From assembly GCA_964016885.1 (NCBI GenBank), contig OZ024743.1, positions 112,034,001 through 112,098,000 on the forward strand: DNA of 64,000 nt, written 5' to 3'. This DNA is from Eledone cirrhosa. Lineage: Eukaryota. A program made the position numbers and the translations under genes. The stretch's first letter is position 1; each line of letters starts with the position of its first letter. Under the pieces are notes generated by a model. The model had not been told where the DNA came from, did no database searches, and saw only the letters and a list, made by a program, of their open reading frames with translations. Positions 40,940 to 54,770 of this stretch are shown piece after piece.

Positions 40940-42830
40940 ACAAACAGGCTTTAATTTTTAATTTTTGACGTCTTTTATCAATTGTTGGATCTAAAACGTT
41001 CTAACAGTTTATAAAACTTTAATAATACTTTATTTTCTAATCACTTATGATAGAATTAATGTTAGAATGAAGGATCCTGTTTAGGTATATAAACATATTA
41101 TTTGGTAACTTGTTCACTTGATAAATATGCAGACCGTAGGATTATTTTAGATATTTATAATTTAGATTCGGATCTTTATTTATCTGTCTCTGATTTAAAT
41201 ATATAATTTGGATATTTAACTTGTAAGATTACCGGTTATAATTGAACCGTAGATCATTCATGCATTTATATATATTTTACTCATTTTGGGTATGTTTTGG
41301 GGACTCAGAAAGTTAGATGTGCACTTATATATTTTTATATATATATAGGTATAAATATAACAAACCATACTAGTCGACAAATATTGGTCTCTCTCTCCAC
41401 AGAACTGGAGGTAAAACTACAATTATCGCATTACTAATAATGATTATAATTATTTATTTATTAAATGTATATCCTATAATACTCTTTATATATATTTGTA
41501 CAAATATGTTTATCTAGTGTAATAACATACTCGTAGTTACATTTATAAATAATTTAGATACTCAAATGACTCTCTATTGTTATAAGTGTTAGATATTCCC
41601 TGGATGTTCGAAATTATATAATGATTATTACTTAATTTAATTTAATTTAATTTACTTTATTTTAATTAAATTTAGATTACCTTCGGCTTTTTAAAGTCTT
41701 TAGCTCCTTTTTCTATCACATTCGCTGGACATTTTAGAAGTATCTTTTGTCTACTATATATTAAAACCCTATTACATTTTAAACTATATGTTTAATATTG
41801 CGCATTTTTAAGTTCCGCAAACAATTCATTTATTTTCACTTTTAATTTTTATATTTATTTTGTATCTAGCTCTTATCCTTAGGACTCGTGTAGTTTAGAT
41901 TTTTATAGTATACATCAACTAAATGATCCTTTTACAATAATTGATATAAAACATTATTTTTTAACAATATTTTTTAACAATATATTTAGTAACTTATTTA
42001 CTATATTGTATTATTATATTATGTTATATATATTTGAAAGGTATCACCTTAAGACTTTAGACAATATAATCCTTGTATATATTTTTGATTAACACTTATA
42101 TGTAATTTAAAATTCAGACTTCTTTAAGTTTAATTATAAGGCCTGTTGATCCTTTAGGCACTCAAATTGTTAATCATAAATTCTTTAATAATTATAACTG
42201 TAATTATTTTATAAATTATATTGTATAAACAGTTGTCAATATTATAAATAATTTTTGTAAAGTTTACCTTCGTGAGGTTATAAAAACATTATATTTTCTT
42301 TCTCGTGTTTGTAAATCCTTTAAATTTGATTTCATAAAATTGAATTTTAGAAATTAAACTTGATAGTATACTATAATATTAATACCCATTAACTTTTAAA
42401 ACCGAAAATATTATTCATTACTCTGAACTAACTTAAATTAAATATTTTGAATATTAACGGTCAACCAAATAAGTTTAGCTATATATTGTCTATAAACTTG
42501 AACATAAATTATTCCCCTTTGTCTCGCTCTGTAATCATCTCTTTTTTGTCTTTTGAATCACCTTCTAACTATATTATCCCATCAACTGTTTCATCCTCTA
42601 TGCTTTCCTTTCTTTCCTCTTTCTTCAGTAATTTATATTTTTTTAACAGTTATATTGATGCCATGTATTTTTTTAGGATGCATTACACGCACCTCTCTAT
42701 TGTATGTATTATATATTTTACTCATGTTCTCAATATTAAGGTATAACAATATTGAGTTTTGTCATATATTACTGACTACCATGACAGAATCTTAACCATC
42801 TACTATGTCAGGGTATGTCATGCATCATCT

Positions 42831-42897
42831 TATTTTATCTGATGATGACGTACTGTTGAACCTAACTCAGTACCTCTGAAATATGTATAATAAAATA
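42831..42897 (+). ncRNA. Type I minimal hammerhead ribozyme in the 3' pseudo-LTR
   Basis: tattttat-CTGATGA-tgacgtactg...cagtacctct-GAAA-tatgta-TA-ataaaata; a direct repeat of 38416-38484. Confidence 0.88.
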
Positions 42898-42944
42898 TAC
42901 TTGATCACAAGAATTTTGTTAATATTTTGAATTAATATATATAT

Positions 42945-43270
42945 ATAATATGGAAAACAAAGAATCAGTGATGTATCGGCACACAATGTATTACCTATTA
43001 CAATTGTTTCTCCGGCGAACAGCTCGAGGTGCGATGTGTTTGCGGATCGAACCTGACTCAAGATTCGCAAGTTCCTTCGGCGATACGTGTAGTGATTTCG
43101 AAGAAAGAGGATTTGCTTCGAAATCACTAGACATATCTGAGGAACTTGCGAATACAGAGTCAGGTTCGATCCGCAAAAAAGATCGCACATCGAGGTGTTC
43201 GCCGGAGAATCAATTGTAATACGTAATACATTGTGTACCGATGCATCACTCATTCTTCGTTTTCCATATT
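42945..43270. repeat. ~325 bp imperfect fold-back hairpin, followed by a family tail to ~43350
   Basis: 42945-43103 is the reverse complement of ~43116-43272 with scattered mismatches and a ~12 nt loop. Confidence 0.9.
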
Positions 43271-43594
43271 ATTATACTCTGCTCCGAAGGAGCATAGAGT
43301 GCTAAACTGGCATACCGCCTATGGAAGCATACTAGCAACCTTACTACAAATATATATATATAAATATACAAATAAAAATTAGCGAGAATCGTATTTCGGC
43401 TTATGAATTAACGAAAAACAACTTCCGAGATGTGTGGCAAGCGCTCAATGATTCAGATGAACCAGAGCTACAACATACGTTAAAGGCCAAACACACTGAG
43501 ACGATGGTTAAACAATCATCCGCACACCATAAAAACGACCAAGTAATTCGGGTCAAACAAATAAAAGTATATGTGATTGAAAATATATATATAA

Positions 43595-43699
<105 letters not shown>

Positions 43700-43721
43700 T
43701 ACACATATATATATGTTTATA

Positions 43722-44411
43722 TGTATCTTTAGGTCTTTACGAAGGTCCGACTTCCACACTGATCTCGAGATGTGTCACGCCGCCGAGGCTTTGATTTTCC
43801 TCTCGACCACATCATCTTCCGTTTTCTCAATCTTTGCTCCCAAATACAAGAAGTCCTCAACCAATTCCACCGGCTTCCCGCCTACATTAGTAATCTTCTC
43901 TGGCTTCTTAATATTCTCTACCAGATATTTCTTCTTTATCTCATTCATTATCAGCCCCATACTCATCGACACGTCTATTCGTTGCTGTAGTGGAGTCTGT
44001 GCTGCTGTACGGGTCTGAGACTTGGACACTAACCAAGAAACTCACTCAGATAGTGTATGTGTGCTACATGAGAATGCTGAGGATGGCTCTGAACATTAAT
44101 CAGTATACACTAAGGATGAAGAACTCAGAGCTGTACGGGAACCTCCCAAAAGTCAGCTCGAAATTGACACATAGGAGACTGATGTTAGCTGGACATACTC
44201 ACCGACTTCCAGAGTTTACACTGCACTCAGTGCACCTGTGGGAGCCCCTGCATGGACACACTGGAAGAGGAAGACCGAGGTTGACATATGTTGATGCCCT
44301 AAGGACAGACACTCGTCTCTTGGAGATGCAGGAAATGCCAGCGATAATGAGGGACAGAGACCGCTGGAGAGAACTCGTCCATGGATCTCGGGAATTTTAC
44401 CCGCCCTAGAT
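43722..44411 (+). mobile_element. RTE-clade LINE 3' fragment with 5' inversion
   Basis: The minus part (43722-~43970) reads VELVEDFLYLGA...[11 protein letters not shown]. The plus part reads RLFVAVVESVLLYGSETWTL...GRGRPRLTY...DRDRWR...stop. Confidence 0.88.
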
Positions 44412-45425
44412 AGTTAGATATATATATATGTATATATACACATATATATATATATATATTGACATTTACACACATACACAGGCAGGCATACACCCTCATA
44501 AATACGCATCTCTGCATATCTATATCTATGTATCTATCTATTTCCCTCTGCCTCTCTCTCTTTCTATATATATATATATATATATGTGTGTCTGTATGTG
44601 TGTGTGTGTGTGTGTGTGTGAGTGTGTGTGTATGTGCTCGTTTCTGTGTGTTCAGTAAAAAAAATTGTTTTCGTAAAAAACAAGAGTAAACAGGAGAAAG
44701 CTCTCTACATTCATAGCGTTTAGTTACGATGGAGATTCAGTATGAGAATAATATTAAGAAAGATGGTGTGATTACATAACGCCTGCAGCGTATCACGTAA
44801 AGAAATATTTCATCTGAAGAAATTGCTCCCATACCGACAATAAATATAAAAATGTAAATCCTACATCCTTGGTAGCCATAGAAAAACTCTAATCCAACTT
44901 TATATATATTTATATATATATATACTTCATTGAAAAAAGGAAGCCGGATTTCAAATATTTCTTTAATCACACGATACGTATTTTTCTGTGGCTGACAGAC
45001 CCCCGTGCTCAGATTTTGACCCAACATATATGACGACACGTTCAGGAGTCAGTCACAAAAAAAAATAAAGTTTAAGTAATTAGTTTTGGGTTACGGAAAA
45101 ATATAAACATAAATTGATACGGAAGCCGTCGATCGTTCATAGCGACTTCAGTGACATACGCCTTCCGTGTGGCAATCCCGCAACAATGTTATCCATTGTG
45201 GGTTCGTACATGTGACCAAGGAATTTGTTCTTACAGCGACATACTCAACAATGAAGCTACTCTGAGTCAATTGTCCGGTGTATTTAATAAGGACTGGTTG
45301 TGTCATATAGTCTGATACCCGTGCTAGTCTCTGGCCGAAAACCAGTATAGGTTGACGGTGAATATTTTGAAAGATATATGTTAGTGTTGTAAAGTGTTAT
45401 AAAGATTATGCAATAAAATAGATCA

Positions 45426-45517
45426 TTCTTCTTCTTCTTCTTCTTCTTCTTCTTCTTCTTCTTCTTCTTCTTCTTCTTCTTCTTCTTCTTCTTCTTCTTC
45501 TTCTTCTTCTTCTTCTT

Positions 45518-45547
<30 letters not shown>
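45426..45547. repeat. (TTC)n microsatellite
   Basis: Direct reading. Confidence 0.95.
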
Positions 45548-45549
<2 letters not shown>

Positions 45550-46163
45550 CAACATGTCTATAACGTGGATTGACTTTGAGAAATTATAGGTATGGTGCCT
45601 CATTCTTAGACTATCGAATGCCAGAAAATGTTTTCTATTACTGCTGACATCACAAATTCTATTCCAAATAGTATGCTAGCGTGGAAGATCAAGTTGTATT
45701 GGCACATTGTATTCCTTAGAAAAGTAAAAATTAAGAGATGTATCTTCCAATGTGACTCATTTTCAGCAATACTATTTCTCATAGCACTTATACCTATAAC
45801 ACTGACACATATGTGTTAAATGAGTGTTCTATATGGAAAGAAAGGATCACTCATAAACCATTTTCTGTTACTGGATGACCTGAAACTTGGTATGCTGTTG
45901 GTAGTTTAAGTTGATCATAGTTTGTTGAACCGTAGGGAAACATTATATATATATGGTATCATGATTCTAATATTGTGTGGACTAAGATCCTCGTTGATAT
46001 GTCTATTAATATGTTTGTTGTTAGGATTAAATATGTAGTAGACAACAGAGTATAGAGTATATGGGTCTATTATATCTGCTAGGCAGCTCATGACAGAGAC
46101 CTGATATCCATGGCGACTGTAGCCTGACGGAGATCGTATATTAGTGCATATATGTTCGGTTCG

Positions 46164-46216
<53 letters not shown>

Positions 46217-46305
46217 GCAATTGTAACTTGTGTGGTGTTTTATTGGCTAGCTTGGGTTTTTGAAATTAGTTATTGGGAAGACTTCTGTTAAGAAAAAAAA
46301 CAAAA

Positions 46306-46366
<61 letters not shown>

Positions 46367-46370
<4 letters not shown>

Positions 46371-46814
46371 AGGGCGGGTAAAATTCCCGAGATCCATGGA
46401 CGAGTTCTCTCCAGCGGTCTCTGTCCCTCATTATCGTGGCCATGTCCTGCGTCTCCAAGAGACCAGTGTCTGTCCTTAGGGCATCAACATACGTTAACCT
46501 TGGTCTTCCTCTTCCAGTTTGGCCATGCAAGGGCTTCCACAGGAGCACTGAGTGCAGTGTCAAATCTGGATATCGGTGAGCATGTCCAGCTAACCTCAGT
46601 CTCATCTGTGTCACTTTTGATCAGGCTTTTGGGAGTCTCCCCATACAGCTCTGAGTTTTTCATCCTTAGTGTATACTGATCCGCCTCTTCATTGCTGTAG
46701 TGGAGTCTGTGCTGCTGTACGGGTCTGAGAGTTGGACACTGACCAAGAAACTCATTAAGATGTTGGATGTGTGCTACACGAGAATGCTGAGGATGGCGCT
46801 GAACATTAATCAGT
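46367..46814 (-). mobile_element. Second RTE LINE 3' fragment (same family) with 5' inversion
   Basis: 46369-46680 minus reads QYTLRMKNSELYG...EFYPP*. 46679-46814 plus reads IRLFIAVVESVLLYGSESW...LNINQ. Confidence 0.88.
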
Positions 46815-47082
46815 TGGAAATTCACTGGAATTTCCTACCGATGAGGTATGATTTTCATGGGTATGTCTCTATTTATAAAACAAACTTTGTACTATATCTG
46901 ATGAAAGCGTACCGATGTTGTCTTGGTACCCTTGAAATATATATAATAAAATAAATATGGTTTTATAAATATAGTTTCTATTTATTTAATATCATTGAAT
47001 ATTTACTCCAGTAAACGGTTGAGTGCTCTAAATCAGATATAACCATTTATATTTGTCGGACTTCCAACAAATTAGATACTCC

Positions 47083-47144
<62 letters not shown>

Positions 47145-47159
47145 ATATATATATATACA

Positions 47160-47221
<62 letters not shown>

Positions 47222-47226
<5 letters not shown>

Positions 47227-47853
47227 AGTATGTATATGTACATACATATATGTATACAGACATACAGTAGCATGCATATATATATATATATATATATACA
47301 TATATACATACAGGTACACATATATATATATGTACGTATCAGTTTAGCGGACGTTTATTATAACGCCCGCTTTGTCCGTTTGTAAACAAGCGGACAGCCT
47401 GATTTATGCCGTACGGTGTGAAGGCAAACACGTCACCTTTTTGTTCAACACTGACACAGGAACGATGTACTAGTTTCAAGCTCGATATGCAAATTAGGCT
47501 GCTCAGCCGTTAATTTTCATAAGGAAAGTATATACTTTCGAACGTTCACCTATCTGGCAGAAGGGTATACGGTGCTGATGATAGCTAAGAAGCTTGAAAC
47601 TAGTACATCGTTCCTGTGTCAGTGTTAAACAAAAAGGTGATGTGGTTGCCTTAACACCGTACGGCATAAATCAGGCTGTCCGCTTGTTTACAAACGGACA
47701 AAGCGGGCGTTATAATAAACGTCCGCTAAACTGATACGTACATATATATATATGTGTACCTGTATGTATATATGTATATATATATATATATATATGCATG
47801 CTACTGTACGTCTGTATACATATATGTATGTACGTATACATACATACTTACAT
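47222..47853. repeat. ~260 bp inverted duplication (arms 47222-47482 and 47591-47853) around a hammerhead
   Basis: The arms are near-identical reverse complements, including TA/TACA microsatellite sequence. Confidence 0.92.
47569..47611 (+). ncRNA. Type I minimal hammerhead ribozyme
   Basis: acggtg-CTGATGA-t agct aaga agct t-GAAA-ctag-TA-catcgt. Confidence 0.85.
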
Positions 47854-48132
47854 TTAAGTAAGTGCCGTACTACGAGTGAGAAATGAAATTTCGTTTCATT
47901 ATATTACAACCTATATATATATACGGGAAACTCTTGCAAACATTCATCTATTTATTCATCTCTCACCTTTAGCTGCAATTTCTCTCTCACCTATTTCTCT
48001 CTCTCTATCTCTCTCTCTCTCTCTCTCTCACTCTCTCTCTTTCTACGTCTCTCTCTCTCACTCTGCCCCTCCCTCTCTCTCTATTTGTTTATATATAAAT
48101 ATATATATATTTATTATTCATATATTTGATAT

Positions 48133-48216
<84 letters not shown>

Positions 48217-49135
48217 CTTGTCAATCATATGTCCCTCGTGATCTCTTTATTCTGTCTCCCTTTCTGTACAATGTATGTTTACTTCCAATTAATTATACAT
48301 CAATCTAACAAAAAACTAAATTTATATAGTGGAAATATTGCAATTCCAAGGCCGTTCGTTCTACGCTACATATATATATATATATGTGTTTCTGTGCGTG
48401 CGCGCGCATGTGTGTCTGTGTGTGTATGTGTGTGTATGTTTGTGTGTATCTGTGTGTATATATGTGTGTGTGTGTGAGAATGTGTGCGTATCTAAGTATG
48501 AATATGTATGCGTATCTATATATGTATGTACATATGTATGTTTGTATAAATGTATGTATGTATGTATGCATGTATATATGCATGTATATATGTATGTATA
48601 TAGAGAGGTACGTAATTGTAAGATGTTATCAATATCTGTACAATGTCCAATTCATTATACATTGAATAAAAATCATACATGATTTCTTATATCATTAATA
48701 ATATTATTATAATCGTTGTTACTTTGTTCTTGTTGCTGTTGTTATTGTTTTTTGTCATTGATGTTGTAGCCTCATTGTTGAGGTTTGTGTTGTTGCTGTT
48801 GCTGTTTCAGTAGTGGTAGAAGTTGTGTTTGCTGTTGCCGGTGTTGGGGTATATGTTATTGTTAATAATAATGTTCACGTATATTTTGCTAATATATTGA
48901 CGTGTCGTATTGTCTTTGAAATGTCATCTTTGAAACCACGTAGTACTTTTTTTTTCTATTTCTGTGCTAGTATGATATTTAGTTCCATTTTAATTATCTC
49001 CACCAAGATCGTCCTTTGGCAGTCGTGTGAAAGATAACGAAGTAAACGGAATAACGCAGATTACAGAAAAGAAACCGATACAAAACATTTCTCAAACCCA
49101 CACACACACATGTATATATATATATATATATATAT

Positions 49136-49217
<82 letters not shown>

Positions 49218-50661
49218 AGTGTGTGTCGTGAGACAGAGAGAGAGAGGGACAGTCTCCTAGTAGAAAAATGTCGGTCAATTAGAAGATAGAGAAATAAATA
49301 ATGGTATTGAACATATATAAACATAGGTATGCTGGTATATATATATATATATATATATATGCGGGGGGAGGGTGTATAGACAGATAGACAGATAGATTTA
49401 TTTAAACGGCAGTGCATAGTTGAAACTCAAATCAAAGAGATAAATCTGTGCCAAATATCAACATATATCTGTTTCAAATATTGAGTACAGATTTTCAGCT
49501 TCTAAATTTATACTCTTTAACTGACGAGAATCGAGAACCATGAGACATGTGCCATCCTCTTCTATTTGAAAATATATTATTTCCTTTCTCAACTGACTCA
49601 AAGATACTGTTTTACTGAATTTATTTACGATGATTAGTTATAAAAGAAAAGAGCCGCGATGAGAGATTACTGGACAACAAGTTAATATTTTGTAACATGC
49701 AATTAAACATTATTCTCAGCTGCTCAATTAACCTAGTACTATATATCATTTGCTGCAAACTGCTATCATTCATGGCCACCAACAATAATTCCACAGTGAC
49801 AATCACGTCTTTATATTTGGCTTAGCGGTTTGCAATCTACTCTTAAAGTGATACCGTGGGCATGGCTACCATCTATAATAAAATACCTTTATATTCATCT
49901 GAACACGAAGTGGAATCTTATGATTGTAAAGGAATAAATCATGAGTGATGTACTCATGAACTCCTTTATCCAAACCATTCGGCATAACCCAAATGTAGAT
50001 TCAGAAGACACTTTCAAATATCCATTACATGTCCCTACTATTATGATTTATAAATGTGTGATGCAGGACACACACACACACACACACATACACACACATA
50101 TATATATATATGTGTGTGTGTGTGTGTATACATATATATAAGTATGTATACATACACACACACATACATATGTATATATATATGCTTTTTTCTGTCAAAC
50201 ACTTCTCATTTTATATGCAAACTTTCCATGTTAAAATTCATTTATTCTGCTCAGTAAAACTCTTCAGTTTGATAAGCATGTCGCTAAGTGAAGTGTAAAG
50301 ACTAACCTAGCTTGACAATATATTGTTAAATGACCTGAACAAAGAAAAGAATAAGAAATACTCAAACGACTAAGATTCACAAATCAGCCAAGCATGTCAT
50401 ATATATATTTTTTTTTTTTTTTTTTGTTATTACTACTTCAAGTCAGTGAGGGTAATTCTGACATGATATTGATTTAGTTCGAATAAAATTTAAATATTTT
50501 TTATTTGTTCCTCATTGTTTCCTGGTTTTTCATTACAATTTTCTATCATCACTATCGTCCAGATAATTATTTGTACCCCACCACCAACATTATCAGGAAC
50601 ACCACCTACTTTATTAACCCACACCATTCCAACTATCATAATCATCATTATCATCGCCAAA

Positions 50662-50717
<56 letters not shown>

Positions 50718-50740
50718 CATTATTATCATTATTATTATTT
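50662..50740. repeat. (ATT)n microsatellite
   Basis: Direct reading. Confidence 0.9.
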
Positions 50741-51234
50741 TTATTGATGTTCCTATTCCAAATGTATTTGTGACGGTCACTGATAATGTTGCAAGTATCT
50801 ATTGAGCGATCCGTCCGGCAATGCGATCTTATATGCAGCTGGTAAACGTTTCATTTACGTCGTTAATTTCCCTCTGGAAGGGATGATCCTCCAGAAATCT
50901 CATTCTCTTACTTCTCATAAATCTTGAGATTTTTGTACGATTTTTTTCTTTTGGTTTTAGACATATTTGTTACAAACATGCTCTTTCTTTTTCAATGTAA
51001 AATGCTTTTATACAACTTTATTTCTTTTCCTCGATGTTTAAATGTTTCTATACAAATTTATTTATTTTTCTTAATTAGATATAATTTAGATCTCTACGTT
51101 AAGACAGCAGGATTTGATATAATATTTTAAGAGAGACGAGTGCAAGAATAAGATAATTGATACAATGCTGAGGAAAATAACTGGTACCGTTCAGTTATCG
51201 TCGAGAGACGATAACAAGGGATTGTATTAAGGGG

Positions 51235-51450
51235 TGGTGGGTTGGCAGATTCGTTAGAACATGGGAGAAATTGTCTCGGGGCATTTATTTATTGCCATTT
51301 ATTTTTCTGAGTTCAAATCCCACCAAGGTCAACTTTGAATTTCACCCTTCCAGTACAGATAAAATAAAGCATCAGTCACGTGTTCAGTTCGATGTAGTTA
51401 ACTTAACCCTACCCACAAATTGCTGACCACCTCAATCAGAAATCGTTATC
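51235..51450 (+). mobile_element. Diverged SINE copy
   Basis: gttcaaatcccaccaaggtcaacttt...gataaaataaag. Confidence 0.7.
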
Positions 51451-51918
51451 AGGGATGGCAATGCGTGACACATGTAATGATCATGACACGCATTATTTTG
51501 CGTTAAAACTTATTACGTTTCCAGAGATGGCATTGGCAAAGAAGACACATAAGCTTATTTTATTTGTTAGCGACCAATTACATTCTGAAATCTAATCAGG
51601 ATCACGTTGAAATAAGTAACATCAAGGACTGGAGTTAATTCGGTCTATAATATTCTCGACACATTTTATATTCGCCGAAGTTTGGATGGGGGAAACCGTC
51701 CAAACATAATACTGAAAATGGATACTAATATTTCTAGCTGGTAATATATATATATATATATACATGAATGAAGATGGAAATTACGTCTACACGCGTGTGT
51801 GTGTGTGTGGTGTGGATGTACGAATTCGTTTGGACTTAAAGGCACGAGGAAAATTTATTCAAGGTAACCACAAAGAATAATCACTATATTATATCTATCT
51901 ATCTATGTATATATATAT

Positions 51919-52124
51919 GTGAGAAAAACCACAGACCCTCCATCTCAACTCACCTTTTGAAAAGCAGAAGAACTGCGAAACCGGTAAAGGAACCAAATAA
52001 ATATATATATTTAAAAAGAAAAATAAGACTTCAGTTGCATTTTCGATTTCATCTCTTTTTCTTTATACTTTCACTCGTGTAGGACACCTCGGTTATTTTT
52101 CATTTTGTAAAAAAAAAACCTCAC

Positions 52125-52131
<7 letters not shown>
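51919..52131 (+). mobile_element. ~210 bp hammerhead-bearing element, copy 2
   Basis: Near-identical to 17366-17574 and TA-flanked. Confidence 0.85.
51953..51990 (+). ncRNA. Minimal hammerhead with U3-A8 core (identical to 17400-17437)
   Basis: cctt-TTGAAAA-gcagaagaactgc-GAAA-ccgg-TA-aagg. Confidence 0.8.
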
Positions 52132-52184
<53 letters not shown>

Positions 52185-52187
52185 TAT

Positions 52188-52223
<36 letters not shown>

Positions 52224-52224
52224 T

Positions 52225-52342
52225 AATAATTGTTTCAACTTCGGGCACAAGTCCAGCAATTATCCAGTGCATTACTGGTACTTTATTTTATCGACCTCAT
52301 AAGCATGAAAGGCAAAGTTAACCTCGACGCGATTTGAACTCA
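52225..52342 (-). mobile_element. 5'-truncated SINE copy
   Basis: Reverse complement of the consensus 3' part. Confidence 0.8.
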
Positions 52343-52475
52343 AATAATAATAATAAAAGGGAAGTGTGAGAACTTCCTTACGTTTATTGAAGTGTTATGT
52401 GAGGCGCGTGTGTGTGTATACACACACACACAGAGAGACACACAGTCACACACAGACACACACAGACACACAAAC

Positions 52476-52527
<52 letters not shown>

Positions 52528-53356
52528 TATGTACTTCGAGGAAATGACAAAGTAGACATACAAAAGTCTGATTAGTTATATATACGTTTAGTATTGACGA
52601 TCGCGAGATTCATTGCTCAGAGTTATTAATGTTCATATTATGCCCGAGTCAGTGTCCCGTTATACTGAAATGTCTTCAATATATTTACAGGATCGTCACA
52701 CATACTGGTTTCTCTCTGGGTTACTTGGTTTTTATTATGGAAGCCGGTGCTCTCTTGTGCAAATTACATGTGACCTTAATTTTTTTTTTTATGAGCATTA
52801 CAGACAATTTTTGAATTTATTTCATTTCATGCATTACAAAATTTATTTTCTGTTTAAATCACTCGCAATTGAACAGAATTTTGTAAAGAGAATGACAAAT
52901 TTAAAGATTTATTGATGGATATGAAAAATGTTGGGGATGGTTGTGGCTGTAACATCTTTGATTTTCACTATGCTCGATTTGTGCTAAACAAGAACATAGG
53001 GGTGGGGGCGGGGTAGTAGAACCAACAATATATGGGTATGGTTGGGAAAGCCAGACCTCTCATCTCATCTAATCATTTACACTTTTATTTATTTCTGCAA
53101 TGAACTGTCTTCATCTTATCAACTTTACCTTCGTCTTCACCTTCATTACACATGCAAATATTCTCTTAATGTACGGTTGACATTTATTCAAGCGATATAG
53201 TTTCAATAATCAGCCTAACAAATTCTTGAAAGTTCTCTCGAAATTTCATATGTATATTTATGTGCGTATGTGTCTATGTTTATATATATATATATATATA
53301 TAACAGCATATATATGTTTGCACAGACATACAGGCACATACACACACAAACACGCA

Positions 53357-53465
<109 letters not shown>

Positions 53466-53520
53466 ATAGATATATATATATAATATAAATATATATATAC
53501 ACATACATATATACACATAC

Positions 53521-53601
<81 letters not shown>

Positions 53602-54438
53602 TATAGACATATACATATATATAAACATATATGTATACGTATCATTTTTGTTCAATATTTGTTTATAAAATGTATTTCTTCTTTATTTTCCTTTTTCTGC
53701 TGATTGCCTCCTTCAAACTTCATTTTTTAAAACTAAGTGTTTGTTGATGTTCTTATTTTCGTTATTTCAATAGCAGTGTTCTTTTTTTGTTCTTTTTCTT
53801 ATTGCCTACTTGACATATAACCATTGATTGTGATTAATATGTCTACAGATTTCATATCAACTCAACCAAACCCATTATTACTATCACTATTAATATAATT
53901 CTTGTTGTTAATGCTGTTGTTTTGGCTTGTCGTTTCGCCCAGCCCTGGCTCTAGGTCATTTGCTCATGTTATTATCATATCGTTGTTACTGCTAGAATTT
54001 ATTATTATATTTTTTTTTTTATTATTATAGATATTATTATTAATATTATTATTATTATTATTTTGCAGTATTATTATGTATATACTAAATAAATATTAAT
54101 ATTCAATGTTATAACCATTAATAATATTATTATTGTTATGAACAGTGAAATGATCGGATCCAAATTTATTAAATAACAGTTTCCTCAGAAAAAATAGAAG
54201 ACTCATTTCACCTTATTTTTGTCTCCATTCATTTTATAAAATCATTTCTCCAAGTGGTTTTTCCTTTTTCCTGATTCCGCTAACTAATTATACTTCATAT
54301 AGCTACAGATATATTGGCATACATATATAAATGCATAGTTTCATACATAGATATATATATACACATTTTCATATAGTATATGCATATATAAATATAAATA
54401 TATACAAACAAATAATTATGTATATATGAAGATACATA

Positions 54439-54472
<34 letters not shown>

Positions 54473-54497
54473 CATATATATATACATATATATATGC

Positions 54498-54546
<49 letters not shown>

Positions 54547-54571
54547 TATATAGGTGTATATATATATATAT

Positions 54572-54770
54572 ATATTGTTATACTTTGGGAGGGTCATGTT
54601 GCCAATAAGAAACACACGCACCAGTTGCTTTCACTTCAATTTAATTTAATATATATTTATAAATTTACAATTTGTAAATTTATAAATATATATTAAATTA
54701 AATTGAAGTGAAAGCAACTGGTGCGTGTGTTTCTTATTGGCAACATGACCCTCCCAAAGTATAACAATAT
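54572..54770. repeat. Perfect 199 bp palindrome (99 bp arms, 1 nt centre), with family tail to ~54827
   Basis: 54572-54670 is the exact reverse complement of 54672-54770 by eye. TA tracts flank the element. Confidence 0.92.

Larger units (their letters stand above)
38303..42940 (+). mobile_element. Near full-length Penelope-like element: inverted 5' segment, 5' pseudo-LTR, ORF, ~1.9 kb AT-rich 3' region, 3' pseudo-LTR
   Basis: Direct repeats ~38411-38531 and ~42824-42940 each contain a hammerhead. 38303-38413 is the reverse complement of 38520-38632. Both ends lie in TA tracts. Confidence 0.92.
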
